A program made the position numbers and the translations under genes. The notes under the pieces were generated by a model. The model was not told where the DNA came from and made no database searches. It was given only the letters and a program-made list of their open reading frames with translations. Positions 12,677 to 22,421 of a DNA stretch of 64,000 nucleotides are shown in pieces; position 1 is the stretch's first letter, and every line of letters begins with the position of its first letter. Origin of the DNA: Acidimicrobiales bacterium (lineage in GTDB: Bacteria; Actinomycetota; Acidimicrobiia; Acidimicrobiales; Aldehydirespiratoraceae). The stretch lies in NCBI GenBank assembly GCA_049437325.1, contig JBMTIM010000007.1, positions 10,818 through 74,817 on the forward strand. The letters are read 5' to 3'.

Positions 12677-13966
12677 CTACGACGGCCAGGGAACGCCGTA
12701 GTCCTCGAACCACCAGCGCGCCTCACGGATCGCGTTGGGGTCAGTGCGCAGGCCCGGGTCCTGATTGAGCTGTTCAGGGGTGGGGCCGATCTTGTCGGCG
12801 ATGACCCGCAGCGCGTCGGTGTCGAGGTCGTAACACTTGACTGCGTTGAGTCCGAGCAGCAACCGGGTTTCCTCGATCGGGATCTGCTGGAAGTCGGTCT
12901 CGAGACGAGTCCTGGTGTTCGGCCACGAGCCCTCGGGGTGCGGATAGTCGGTCCCCCACATGAGGGCATCGACACCATTGACGTAGCGCCGACGCAACTC
13001 GACCTTGCTCATCGTCGACGCCCCGATGAACACGTTCTCGCCGATGTACTCCGACGGCAAGCGCTCGATGAGGCCGTGGGTGCGGCTGCTCATCTTCTTG
13101 ACCTTCCAATTGGTGCCGCCGAACATCACATCGGTCTTCCACAGCAGATCGCCGAGCCACCATGACCCACACTCGACCGGTGCGTACTTGAAGTTGGGGA
13201 ATTTGTCGAACTTTCCCGAGAGCAGAAACTGCCACAGTGGGCGATGGGTCCAGAACGCGACCTCGAGCATGTACTGCGCCATGTTCTCGTTGTAGGCCAC
13301 GGCGTCGGCCTCGCCCGAGTGGGTGTGCACGACCAAGCCCGTCTCGTGACAGGCCTGCCAGACAGGGTCGTACATCTCGTGACCGTACGACGGCGCGTCG
13401 TGCCACATCGTGGGGATCATGATTCCTTTGATCCCCGGTTTGTCCGCAAGCGCGTGGATCTCCTTCACCGATTCCTCGACCCCGTGGGTGACGGGAACGA
13501 GTGCCACGCCGGCCCGGCGGGGCGGGTTCGTTGCGCAGAACTCCTCGAGCCACCGGTTGTGGGCCCGGGCACCGGCCCATGCCAGCGTCGGATCGGTGAT
13601 CGCGCCGGCATGGAGCCCGGCCCCGAACGGAGGAGCCTCCATCCCGGTGACCGCGTCGCCATCGGCGAAGATCACCTCACCGGCGATGCCATCGGCATCG
13701 AGCGCTTCGTCACGAATGTCGGGGTCGTATGCGCCTTTCAGACCGTGCTCGTTGTCGCGCTCCCACTGTTCGACGTACGCCCCGTTCATCTCCTCGACCA
13801 TCACTCGATGCTCGTGGCGGGTCGCGAGCCACTCGTCGAACTGCGGGTGGACGGACGACTCGAGGTACTCCCGATAGTCGTCGACGTACAGGCCGGCATG
13901 CGTGTCGGAACTGACGATGATGTATGGCTCGTTGGACTGATCGATGCCTTCGAGCGGGTTCGACAT
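12677..13966 (-). CDS. Amidohydrolase-family metal hydrolase (amidohydrolase_2/ACMSD-like)
   Basis: The 722-aa track ORF was trimmed to the ATG at 13966 (MSNPLEGIDQSNEPYIIVSSDTHAG...). The upstream 290 aa run antisense through the TetR gene and look non-coding. Confidence 0.75.
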   Translation of the reverse strand: MSNPLEGIDQSNEPYIIVSSDTHAGLYVDDYREYLESSVHPQFDEWLATRHEHRVMVEEMNGAYVEQWERDNEHGLKGAYDPDIRDEALDADGIAGEVIFADGDAVTGMEAPPFGAGLHAGAITDPTLAWAGARAHNRWLEEFCATNPPRRAGVALVPVTHGVEESVKEIHALADKPGIKGIMIPTMWHDAPSYGHEMYDPVWQACHETGLVVHTHSGEADAVAYNENMAQYMLEVAFWTHRPLWQFLLSGKFDKFPNFKYAPVECGSWWLGDLLWKTDVMFGGTNWKVKKMSSRTHGLIERLPSEYIGENVFIGASTMSKVELRRRYVNGVDALMWGTDYPHPEGSWPNTRTRLETDFQQIPIEETRLLLGLNAVKCYDLDTDALRVIADKIGPTPEQLNQDPGLRTDPNAIREARWWFEDYGVPWPS

Positions 13967-14024
13967 GACACTCTCTCTCGACTGTTGGTTGCCACTTGTA
14001 CGGCGTTCTAGTAAGACTTGCACA

Positions 14025-14675
14025 GTGTCCCAGAACGTCACACACGCCGTCAACACCGGTCGGCGCACCGGCCTCGACCGCAACGACATGGTGGCGGCTG
14101 CGCTCCATCTGGTCGAGTGCGAAGGACCTGCCGCACTCACGATGCGTCGGCTCGCGGCTGAACTCGACGTCACCACCAACACCGTGTACTGGCACGTCGG
14201 GTCTCGCGACGAACTGATCGCCGAACTCATCCGCAGCTGCTCGGCCCGGATGGCCGAGCGCGAGATCTTGGGCGAGACCCCGCAGCAACGCATCATCTCC
14301 GCAGCCCGAAACGTGTGGGACAGCGCGTTCGCGAACCGCGCCGTCACCTCCCTCGCCCACCAGACCGGCACGACGGCACTGCTGGAACATCCTCTCGAAG
14401 TTGCGCTTGCGCACGAGATCGAAGCAGCGGGCCTCACCGGCGAAGAGGCTGCGTTCGCGCTTCGCTCGATCCTGTCGACCGTCGGCGGGTTCTTGGTCGG
14501 CGCACTTCGCGACGAGTCGGCCATTCCCACCGACCTCCGGACTGCGACCCTGTGGTCGAAGACGGAGGCGGGCCTGGATCCTGCGACCGTCTCGGCACTC
14601 TCCGAACCGATCGACCACGCCCTGACCTTTGTGACGACACTCGAGGCAGTGGTTGCCGCCCACATCCCGGCGTGA
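14025..14675 (+). CDS. TetR-family transcriptional regulator
   Basis: N-terminal HTH MVAAALHLVECEGPAALTMRRLAAELDVTTNTVYWHV. It is divergent from the amidohydrolase gene. A GTG start at 14025 is proposed; the start is uncertain. Confidence 0.8.
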   Translation: MSQNVTHAVNTGRRTGLDRNDMVAAALHLVECEGPAALTMRRLAAELDVTTNTVYWHVGSRDELIAELIRSCSARMAEREILGETPQQRIISAARNVWDSAFANRAVTSLAHQTGTTALLEHPLEVALAHEIEAAGLTGEEAAFALRSILSTVGGFLVGALRDESAIPTDLRTATLWSKTEAGLDPATVSALSEPIDHALTFVTTLEAVVAAHIPA

Positions 14676-14714
14676 GGTTCGCCTTCGACCGTGAGCACAT
14701 GCAAGCCTGGGTCC

Positions 14715-15476
14715 ATGGCTGAAGCACCACAGGCCCGCCGCGGCGAAATCGCCGGATGGCCCAAGCTCGTGATCACGTACCCGACCGCAGCAGGCAACAT
14801 CGACCCATTGCTTCCGGACGGCATCGAACCAACCGGCGACACCACCGTCCAGATCGGGATCTACTGCGTCCCGATCCAGGGCGAACCCGAGTACGGCGTG
14901 TCGATCAAGGTTCCCGCCCGCTGGCAGGGCGTCGACGGCCAGTACAACCTCGGCATGGGTATCGATCAGGAAGCAGCGGTCTTCGTCTCGGGCGAACGCA
15001 ACGGCCAGCCGAAGTTCCTGTGTGAGATCGACTATTACCGCCTCGGGGACACAGTCGGCGCCCGGGCGACTCATCAGGGCTACACCTTCGTCGAGTACCA
15101 CGGCACAGTCACCGGTGAGGGGGCGCCCGGGCCCGAGTACACCGAACACGAATGGTGGACGAAGTACAGCCGCCAGATCGGTGGCGGTGACGGCTACGAC
15201 TTCGCCCCGGTGGTCGTCGACGTTGCGACCACGATGCAACCCGTTCACATCGAGCACCTCGACGGTGAACTCAGGCTGCTCGACTCACCGTGGGACCCGG
15301 TCGCCCGGTATCTGCCCGCCGACGGAGTGGTCGTCGCATCGCTCGTCACCCATCAGATGAAGGCGCGAACCATCTCCAACGCAGGCCCACTGAACCCCGA
15401 TACGTTCGCACACCATGCCGATGTCATCGGTGGCAGCCGCTGGCCCGGTACCAACGGTGGGCCCAAGCACACCTGA
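14715..15476 (+). CDS. Acetoacetate-decarboxylase-family (ADC-like) protein
   Basis: ORF 14691..15476. The overall sequence resembles the ADC beta-cone family. The call rests on recognition only; the start is either GTG 14691 or ATG 14715. Confidence 0.5.
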   Translation: MAEAPQARRGEIAGWPKLVITYPTAAGNIDPLLPDGIEPTGDTTVQIGIYCVPIQGEPEYGVSIKVPARWQGVDGQYNLGMGIDQEAAVFVSGERNGQPKFLCEIDYYRLGDTVGARATHQGYTFVEYHGTVTGEGAPGPEYTEHEWWTKYSRQIGGGDGYDFAPVVVDVATTMQPVHIEHLDGELRLLDSPWDPVARYLPADGVVVASLVTHQMKARTISNAGPLNPDTFAHHADVIGGSRWPGTNGGPKHT

Positions 15477-15491
15477 CCGCTGGAGTACGAC

Positions 15492-17090
15492 ATGACCTCA
15501 CTCGACTGGTGGCGCACCGGCGCCGTCTACCAGGTGTACATCCGCTCGTTCGCCGACGGGAACGGCGATGGGACTGGTGATGTCGAAGGTTTGCGGTCGA
15601 AGCTGCCGTACCTCGCCGATCTCGGTGTCGACGCCATATGGATCAACCCCTGGTATCCGTCACCCCTGCTCGACGGTGGCTACGACGTCGCCGACTACCG
15701 CGACATCAACCCTGCGTTCGGCACGCTCGTCCAGGCCGAGCACATGATCGCCGAGGCTCACGAACTCGGGATTCGGGTACTCCTCGATCTCGTCCCGAAC
15801 CACTGCAGCTGGGATCACACCTGGTTCACGGCGGCGCTCGACGCAGGCCCCGGCTCGCCGGAACGAGCCCGCTTCCATTTCCGCGACAGCCCGGACGGAC
15901 CACCGAACAACTGGCAGTCGGTCTTCGGTGGCCCGGCCTGGACCCAGGTCGATGACGGCCAGTGGTACCTGCACCTCTTCGACCCGAGCCAACCTGACCT
16001 CGACTGGACCCATCCCGACGTTCGCGACGAGTTCACCTCCATCCTGCGCTTCTGGCTCGACCGCGGCGCCGACGGTTTCCGGGTCGACGTTGCCCACGGC
16101 ATGGCGAAAGACCCGTCGTACCCGGACCTCACCGACCATGTGCAGATCCTCAGCAGCACCAAGATGCCCAATCATCCGCACTGGGACCGTGACGAGGTGC
16201 ACGACATCAATCGTCAGTGGCGCGCCGTACTCGACGAGTACGACGACCGGATGATGGTCGCCGAAGCATGGGTGTCGGAGGAATCATTGCCGAAGTATCT
16301 GCGATCCGACGAGTACCACCAGTCGTTCAGCTTCGACCTGCTCATGGCCGAGTGGGATGCCGAGGCGTACCGCTCGACGATTGCCGGCGTGTACGACCCC
16401 GCCAGCGCGCTCGGCGCCGCGAGCACATGGGTGCTGTCGAACCATGACGTCATGCGCCACACGACGCGCTTCGGGCTTCCCGCCGACGTCAGCTGGCGGA
16501 CCTGGCCCGTCACCGGACCGGTCGATGCGCTCGATTCCGAACTCGGTGAACGTCGGGCGCGAGCTGCTGCGCTGATCACCCTCGGACTCCCCGGGTCGTC
16601 CTACATCTATCAGGGCGAAGAGCTCGGGCTTCCGGAGGTGTGGGAGCTGCCATGGAACGTGCTCGACGACCCGGTCGCGCGACGAAGCGGGGGAACCCAG
16701 AAAGGACGGGACGGATGTCGCGTACCGATCCCCTGGACTGTGGGAGGCGCGTCGTACGGGTTCGGTGACGGCGACGCATGGCTGCCCCAACCAGAACGTT
16801 TCGCCGCCTACGCAGCCGACCGACAGATCGGTGTCGCCGGGTCGTTTCACTCGCTGTACCGGGACGCACTTCGGATCAGGCGGGAGCATTTCACCTCCGA
16901 TGCCGCCATGACCTGGATCGACAGCGATCCCGGCGTGCTCACCTATGAGCGAGGGAGCGGCGTTCGCTGCGTTGCCAACATGAGCTCGACGCCGGTGCCG
17001 ATGCCGGCGGGTGACATCCTGCTCACGTCACAGCCCGATCTGACCGACGGCCTCCCATCCGACACCGCCGTCTGGCTCTGGCCAGCCTGA
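15492..17090 (+). CDS. GH13 alpha-glucosidase / oligo-1,6-glucosidase-type enzyme
   Basis: WWRTGAVYQVYIRSFADGNGDGTGD, GADGFRVDVAHGM (nucleophile region), MVAEAW and SNHD. Confidence 0.85.
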   Translation: MTSLDWWRTGAVYQVYIRSFADGNGDGTGDVEGLRSKLPYLADLGVDAIWINPWYPSPLLDGGYDVADYRDINPAFGTLVQAEHMIAEAHELGIRVLLDLVPNHCSWDHTWFTAALDAGPGSPERARFHFRDSPDGPPNNWQSVFGGPAWTQVDDGQWYLHLFDPSQPDLDWTHPDVRDEFTSILRFWLDRGADGFRVDVAHGMAKDPSYPDLTDHVQILSSTKMPNHPHWDRDEVHDINRQWRAVLDEYDDRMMVAEAWVSEESLPKYLRSDEYHQSFSFDLLMAEWDAEAYRSTIAGVYDPASALGAASTWVLSNHDVMRHTTRFGLPADVSWRTWPVTGPVDALDSELGERRARAAALITLGLPGSSYIYQGEELGLPEVWELPWNVLDDPVARRSGGTQKGRDGCRVPIPWTVGGASYGFGDGDAWLPQPERFAAYAADRQIGVAGSFHSLYRDALRIRREHFTSDAAMTWIDSDPGVLTYERGSGVRCVANMSSTPVPMPAGDILLTSQPDLTDGLPSDTAVWLWPA

Positions 17091-17131
17091 ACTCCTTCTG
17101 CCATCTATTTTGGACTTGATACGGTCCACCG

Positions 17132-18205
17132 ATGGCGTCTTCCTTCCAAGTCAACCGATCGTCCATTCGCACCACACGACTCGTCGAACACGAACGGCGC
17201 GACCTCGTCGCAGGTGAGGTGCGCTTCTCGATCGATCACTTCGCCCTCACATCGAACAACGTCACGTACGCCGTTGCCGGCGACATGCTCGACTACTGGG
17301 GCTTCTTTCCCACCGACCTGCCGTGGGGTCATGTACCAGCGATGGGCTACGGCGACGTCGTCGAGTCGGCCAATCCCGCCATCGAGTCGGGCATGCGCTG
17401 CTTTGGCTTCTTCCCGATGGCCGACGAACACATCCTCACCGCCGAGGTAACCGAGACCGGTCTGCGCGACATCGGCACGCACCGCGCGAAGCACGCCCCG
17501 GTGTATCGACAGTTCGCCGACGTGGCCCACGACCCGGCCTACGACCGCGATCGAGAGGCGCAGGTCGCACTCCTGCGCGGATTGTTCATGACCGGGTGGT
17601 TGGCCGAAGACCTCCTCTTCGACAACGACAACTTCGGCGCCGAGGCCACCCTGATCACGAGCGCGTCGTCCAAGACCAGCATCGCCATGGCATGGACGGT
17701 GCATCAGCGCGGAGGCGTGAGTGTCGGCCTGACATCGGAGGGCAACCGCGCCTTCGTCGAAGCGCTGGGCTGTTACTCCGAGGTTCTCACCTACGACGAG
17801 ATCACTGCCCTCGACACCACTCGTCGAACGGTTGTCGTCGACATGGCCGGCAACGGGCGACTGCTGGCTGCGGTGCACAACCACTTCGGGGGCGCGTTGG
17901 CCTATTCGATGGCGATCGGCGGCAGCCATTGGGAATCGTTCGGTGACCGGCCCGAGATGGCCGGCCCTGCCCCCGTGTTCTTCTTTGCGCCCGGGCAGAT
18001 CGAAAAGCGCAATGCCGACTGGGGATTGGGTGAGCCGATGCGCCGCGTGGCTCACGCATTCGACTCCTTTGTGGAATTCACCGACGCGTGGCTCGACGTG
18101 CAGACCGACACCGGTCCGGATGCGCTGGTCGAGGCCTGGAACGGGCTGGTCGACGGCACGATCACCCCAGCCACCGGCCTCATGCGTTCTCTCACAAGAC
18201 CGTGA
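17132..18205 (+). CDS. DUF2855-like hypothetical protein
   Basis: 357-aa ORF. The N-terminal region (FALTSNNVTYAVAGDMLDYWGFFP) resembles DUF2855 proteins. Recognition only. Confidence 0.5.
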   Translation: MASSFQVNRSSIRTTRLVEHERRDLVAGEVRFSIDHFALTSNNVTYAVAGDMLDYWGFFPTDLPWGHVPAMGYGDVVESANPAIESGMRCFGFFPMADEHILTAEVTETGLRDIGTHRAKHAPVYRQFADVAHDPAYDRDREAQVALLRGLFMTGWLAEDLLFDNDNFGAEATLITSASSKTSIAMAWTVHQRGGVSVGLTSEGNRAFVEALGCYSEVLTYDEITALDTTRRTVVVDMAGNGRLLAAVHNHFGGALAYSMAIGGSHWESFGDRPEMAGPAPVFFFAPGQIEKRNADWGLGEPMRRVAHAFDSFVEFTDAWLDVQTDTGPDALVEAWNGLVDGTITPATGLMRSLTRP

Positions 18206-18230
18206 CCCGGTCGGTCTAGGCTCCCCGCCA

Positions 18231-18800
18231 ATGGAGAACACACCGGTCTTGGAGCAGTTGGTCGGGCGGTGCAAACAGGCGATCGCCGGTGACCGGGCCC
18301 GTGAAGACATCAGCACCGTGATGCAGGCGCTGTTCGAAGATCCAGAGACCCTCGCCGCGACGATCCCCCGATTCCGCGACGACGAGGTCGCCACAAGTCC
18401 CCGGGGATTTCGGCTCGGTGGTGAGCACATTTGTCACCAGTCCACCGATCTGACCGTCATGGTGCTCGACACGCTCCCGGGGGTGATCCAACCCCCACAC
18501 GATCACAACATGATTGCGATGATCGGCGTCTTCGAGGGGTGCGAGCAGCAGCGGTTCTGGACGCGAGGCCAGGACGGCATCACGCCCACCACCGGCCGCC
18601 TGCTCGAGGCCGGCGAAATGATGGTGCTCGGTGAGCGGGCAATCCATGCCATCAGTGCGCCGGATCATGCCCCGGCGAGGGCGATCCACGTCTACCTCGG
18701 TGACATCACCAACGCCGAACGATCGGTCCTCGACCCCGACACCCTCGACGAACACCCGATGACGAGCGAACGCTACGACGAATTCTGTCGTCCGGCGTAG
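18231..18800 (+). CDS. Cupin-type metal-binding protein (cysteine-dioxygenase-like fold)
   Basis: Track ORF 17832..18800, trimmed to the ATG at 18231 (MENTPVLEQL...). It contains HDHNMIAMIGVFEG and AIHAISAP His-rich cupin motifs. Confidence 0.5.
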   Translation: MENTPVLEQLVGRCKQAIAGDRAREDISTVMQALFEDPETLAATIPRFRDDEVATSPRGFRLGGEHICHQSTDLTVMVLDTLPGVIQPPHDHNMIAMIGVFEGCEQQRFWTRGQDGITPTTGRLLEAGEMMVLGERAIHAISAPDHAPARAIHVYLGDITNAERSVLDPDTLDEHPMTSERYDEFCRPA

Positions 18801-18837
18801 CGCGAGACGACGAGACGACGATCAGTTCGGCGATCCG

Positions 18838-19533
18838 TCACGCCAGCCGCACGAGCGCTTCATGCTCCACGGTGACAACGAGTTCATCACGCACGGTCAT
18901 GCGCATGTCCACAACGGCCCGCTCGCCAGCTCGTGTTGCGAAGCGGTCGACCTCCCACGACTCGACCACCACGGTGTCGCCCGGCCTGACCGCACCCAGA
19001 TGACGGATGCGACTTCGCGTGTGCACCCATGGACCATCGACGAGTTGCCGCTTGAACACCAGGTTGGCCAACGACGGCCATACAACCGGATGCACCACGT
19101 TCTCGTCGTCGTAGAGTCCGAGATGTTCGCCACACCGCGCTGCGTAACCGACCCATTGCTCGTTCATCACCTCGACGAGCGGCGCCAAGCGGGCCCCGTC
19201 GGGATCGCCGGGTACGGATGCGACCTGCTCGGGCACGAGCACGACACAGGCGCGACCATCGACCGACGCCGTCACTTCTCGCTCATCACCACCCACGACG
19301 ACCGGCTCGTCGGCAAGCACCGGGAGACGAAACCAGACCTCGTGGCCACCACCGGTGACCCACGCAGCTCCCCACGCCTCGGCGACCGGACGGGTCGCAT
19401 AGGCGAAGATCGTCGTTCCGGCCACGACCGCGCCGGCGAAGCCCGCCGCCAACCCACCCTCGACCGTGTGCACCGGGTTGTCCGCATGCTCTTCGAGATT
19501 GACTGCGTTGATCGACCACTCGGGAAACGACAC
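18838..19533 (-). CDS. MaoC-like/hotdog-fold dehydratase-type protein
   Basis: 231-aa ORF with coding-like composition and weak resemblance to double-hotdog proteins. Confidence 0.45.
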   Translation of the reverse strand: MSFPEWSINAVNLEEHADNPVHTVEGGLAAGFAGAVVAGTTIFAYATRPVAEAWGAAWVTGGGHEVWFRLPVLADEPVVVGGDEREVTASVDGRACVVLVPEQVASVPGDPDGARLAPLVEVMNEQWVGYAARCGEHLGLYDDENVVHPVVWPSLANLVFKRQLVDGPWVHTRSRIRHLGAVRPGDTVVVESWEVDRFATRAGERAVVDMRMTVRDELVVTVEHEALVRLA

Positions 19534-19662
19534 GCCACCACTTTGACCCAGCCGGGCTGTCGACGCAGCACTCGCTCCAAGCGGAGGAACATCGGACGTA
19601 TCTTCCCTCCGGCAGTCGCTGAAGTGGGTGGGCCGGTCGAGTGACGCCGTAGCCTCCGAACG

Positions 19663-20364
19663 ATGAGCGGGTTTTCCTTCGACCGGCGAGCATTCGTCGC
19701 TGGCTCCAGGGACATCATCGCCATAGGTTTTCCCGGCATTCCGTTCGGCATGGTGATCGGTGTCGTCATCGCCGAGTCGGGTATCGGCTCGTTCGTGGGC
19801 TGGGTCGGTTCATGGGTCATTCTCGCCGGCGCGGCAAATCTCGCCCTGCTCGAGTTGATGGCCGAACAGGCCAGCACGGCCGTGGTGCTGCTCACGGTGG
19901 TGTTCATCAACGCTCGACACGCGATGTACTCCGCAGCCCTGCGGCCGAGATTCGCGGGCTTCCCTCGCTGGTTCCGCTTCATCGGCCCCTACTTCCTGAT
20001 CGATCAAGTCTTCGCACTCGCAGCCTCACGGCCCGACGAGATTGCCGCCCGAGAACGGCTCTGGCACTACTTCGGCTCGGCGGTCACACTCTGGACACTC
20101 TGGGTCGCATCCGTCACCGCAGGCCTCCTGCTGGGCGACGTGATCGACCCCGATTGGCAGTTGACCTTCGCCGTTCCCCTGTTGTTCAGCGGGCTGATGC
20201 TGCTGAGCATCACCAACCGACCAGGGATCACCGCTGCGATGGTCGGAGGTGGGGTGGCGTTGCTGACGGCCGACGTTCCGCACGGTTCCGGCGTCATCAT
20301 CGCCATCCTCGCCGGAGTGAGTGCCGGGACAATCGCCGAAACACGGTCGGAGGTTGCGGCGTGA
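19663..20364 (+). CDS. azlC: AzlC-family branched-chain amino acid permease subunit
   Basis: 233-aa polytopic membrane protein, followed by an overlapping small AzlD-like gene. Confidence 0.75.
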   Translation: MSGFSFDRRAFVAGSRDIIAIGFPGIPFGMVIGVVIAESGIGSFVGWVGSWVILAGAANLALLELMAEQASTAVVLLTVVFINARHAMYSAALRPRFAGFPRWFRFIGPYFLIDQVFALAASRPDEIAARERLWHYFGSAVTLWTLWVASVTAGLLLGDVIDPDWQLTFAVPLLFSGLMLLSITNRPGITAAMVGGGVALLTADVPHGSGVIIAILAGVSAGTIAETRSEVAA

Positions 20365-20675
20365 GTCCCTGGGCAACCATCTTCGCGGCCGGGGCCATCA
20401 CCTACCTGACCCGTGCATCCTTCATCGCTGCCGGCGATCGGATCAGGTTGCCACCGGTGGTCGAACGCTCGCTCCACTATGTCGCGCCAGCATCATTCGC
20501 TGCCATCGCCCTGCCTGCGACACTCGGCGGGGATCGCTTCGCAAACGTCGGCGACGACTGGCCGCGTATCGCCGCCGTGTGCGTCGCATCAGCCGTCATC
20601 GTCCGCTGGCGCAACGTCCCCGCCAGCCTGCTGGCCGGGATGGTCACCCTCTGGGTGATCCTCGCTGTCAACTGA
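20361..20675 (+). CDS. azlD: AzlD-family membrane protein
   Basis: The GTG at 20361 overlaps the azlC stop (GTGA). 104 aa, hydrophobic (VSPWATIFAAGAITYLTRASFIAAG...). Confidence 0.7.
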   Translation: MSPWATIFAAGAITYLTRASFIAAGDRIRLPPVVERSLHYVAPASFAAIALPATLGGDRFANVGDDWPRIAAVCVASAVIVRWRNVPASLLAGMVTLWVILAVN

Positions 20676-21153
20676 ACCCGTTGGCCGTGAGATCGAGGCC
20701 CTCGATCCCCGTCCTCGGGTGCATCTCCTCGTAGGTGCGGCTGTAGCCGGTATGGCTGAGCTTCCAACCATCCGCCGTCTTGACATAGCGATCCTCGTAG
20801 AACGCCGCGCCGCGAAGGTTCACACCGAAGTCGGTGATGATCACCTGATCTTCGAGCTTCCACACCCCCGTTGCGGTCCCGTCGGCGAACACATCGATCT
20901 CGGGATGGTGACAGGCGTGGCTCGACAGAAACTCCGGCCGTCCCATGTTCTCGCGGAGAAAGGCGACGATTGCCGCAAGGTCGTCGAAGCTGTACGTACC
21001 ATCGGAATAGGCCGCCGTGCAGTCATCGGTCATGACCGAGGAGAGCTCGTCGAACCGATGTTGATCGAGCAGGCGAAGGTACCCGTACTTGCAGCGCTTG
21101 ATCAGCTCGATCTCGACGAGGAGTTCCGGTGTGACTGGCAAGGGCTCGTGCAT
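20668..21153 (-). CDS. SnoaL-like / NTF2-fold protein
   Basis: 161 aa. It resembles SnoaL-like polyketide-cyclase-fold proteins and is the last gene of the P450 operon. Confidence 0.6.
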   Translation of the reverse strand: MHEPLPVTPELLVEIELIKRCKYGYLRLLDQHRFDELSSVMTDDCTAAYSDGTYSFDDLAAIVAFLRENMGRPEFLSSHACHHPEIDVFADGTATGVWKLEDQVIITDFGVNLRGAAFYEDRYVKTADGWKLSHTGYSRTYEEMHPRTGIEGLDLTANGFS

Positions 21154-21167
21154 GGGACCATGCTGGC

Positions 21168-22415
21168 CTACGCAGTGAAGGGAAGCGATTCGTAGCGGCG
21201 CACGAACCCACCCGGTGCGAAACGCCCACCCGCCGGGTCGACCTCGAAGAACGGGAACCGCTCGAGCAACCGATCGAGCGTGACCCGACCCTGGAGACGG
21301 GCAGCCGACGCACCGAGACAGTGGTGGGCGCCGTACCCGAGGCTCACCGTTCTGTCGATGGCACGACCGACATCGAGGTCCCCCGCACTGGCCCCGAACT
21401 CACGCTCGTCGCGATTGGCAGACCCGTACAACAGCAGCACCTTGTCGCCAGCGGGAACCTCGCATCCATGCAACTCGACCTCAGTGGTCGTGGTGCGGGC
21501 CAGATTCTGCACCGGCGAGGTGAGACGCAGGAGCTCCTCGACCGCGTTCTCCATCAGTGATCGATCATCGAGCAGCCGTTGCCGCTCGTCACGGTGATCG
21601 GTCAACAATTCGGCTGACCCGCCCAGCATGCCGGTCATCGTGTCGTTCCCGCCGGTCACCATCGTGAAGACGAAACCGGTGATCCAGCCCGGCGACACAA
21701 CATCATCTCCGCTCTCGACCAGATCGGTCACGAGATCCTCTCCCGGTTCGACCTTTTTCCTGTCCATGAGCTCAGTCGCATAAGCGAACAGTGCAAGCGC
21801 AGCATCCATCGCCGTCTCGATCGCACCGACCGCGTTCGCCGACACGATGGCATCGGTCCAACCGTCGAACCGATCGCGATCGTTTGGAGGAACACCGAGG
21901 TAGTGCGCAACCACAAAGGACGGCAACGGCTTGAACAGGGCGGCCACAATGTCAACCGGCTGCTGGCCGGCGTCGGCGACACCGTCGAGCCGCCTATCGA
22001 CAAACTCCCGCACGGCGTGCTCGATCCGCGCGACTCGACGGGGCGTCATCTGTCGACTGACCAGCCGACGCATCACCGTGTGGTCGGGTGGATCCATCAT
22101 CACGATCGGCTGCTGGCCGGCCTCGAACATCGACATTGCGTCGGCATTCGGCGTGAGTCCCTGCGCAGATGAGAACGTAGCGGTGTCGCGCACCGCAGCG
22201 AACACGTCGGCAAAACGCGACAACACCCAGAAGTCGACGTTGTCGCCCTCGGCGGGCACGAAAAGAATCGGCGAGTCGTTGCGGAGCGCTCGGTAGTCGT
22301 CCCACGGTGAGCGCCACGTCTCACCACTGCGCAGGAAGAACCCCGTCTTCGCCATGGGAAAAGCATCCCACCTGGGTGGCGACGACAGATCCATCCACCA
22401 CTGCGCCGGGCGCAA
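21168..22415 (-). CDS. Cytochrome P450
   Basis: Heme loop FGYGAHHCLGASAARL, I-helix TGGNDTMT and an ExxR region. The start is uncertain (TTG 22415, ATG 22394 or ATG 22355). Confidence 0.9.
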   Translation of the reverse strand: MRPAQWWMDLSSPPRWDAFPMAKTGFFLRSGETWRSPWDDYRALRNDSPILFVPAEGDNVDFWVLSRFADVFAAVRDTATFSSAQGLTPNADAMSMFEAGQQPIVMMDPPDHTVMRRLVSRQMTPRRVARIEHAVREFVDRRLDGVADAGQQPVDIVAALFKPLPSFVVAHYLGVPPNDRDRFDGWTDAIVSANAVGAIETAMDAALALFAYATELMDRKKVEPGEDLVTDLVESGDDVVSPGWITGFVFTMVTGGNDTMTGMLGGSAELLTDHRDERQRLLDDRSLMENAVEELLRLTSPVQNLARTTTTEVELHGCEVPAGDKVLLLYGSANRDEREFGASAGDLDVGRAIDRTVSLGYGAHHCLGASAARLQGRVTLDRLLERFPFFEVDPAGGRFAPGGFVRRYESLPFTA

Positions 22416-22421
22416 ACGGTG

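Noticed and set aside
13967-14024. A palindromic TetR operator in the divergent amidohydrolase/TetR promoter region.
   Set aside because: I found only weak repeats: GACACT...AGTGTC 50 nt apart, and an ACTTGTAC/GACTTGCAC direct similarity. Nothing is convincing by eye.
12677-14845. The track ORF read as a single 722-aa protein.
   Set aside because: Only the C-terminal 429 aa (from the ATG at 13966) look like an amidohydrolase. The N-terminal extension is low-complexity and runs antisense through the TetR and ADC-like genes.
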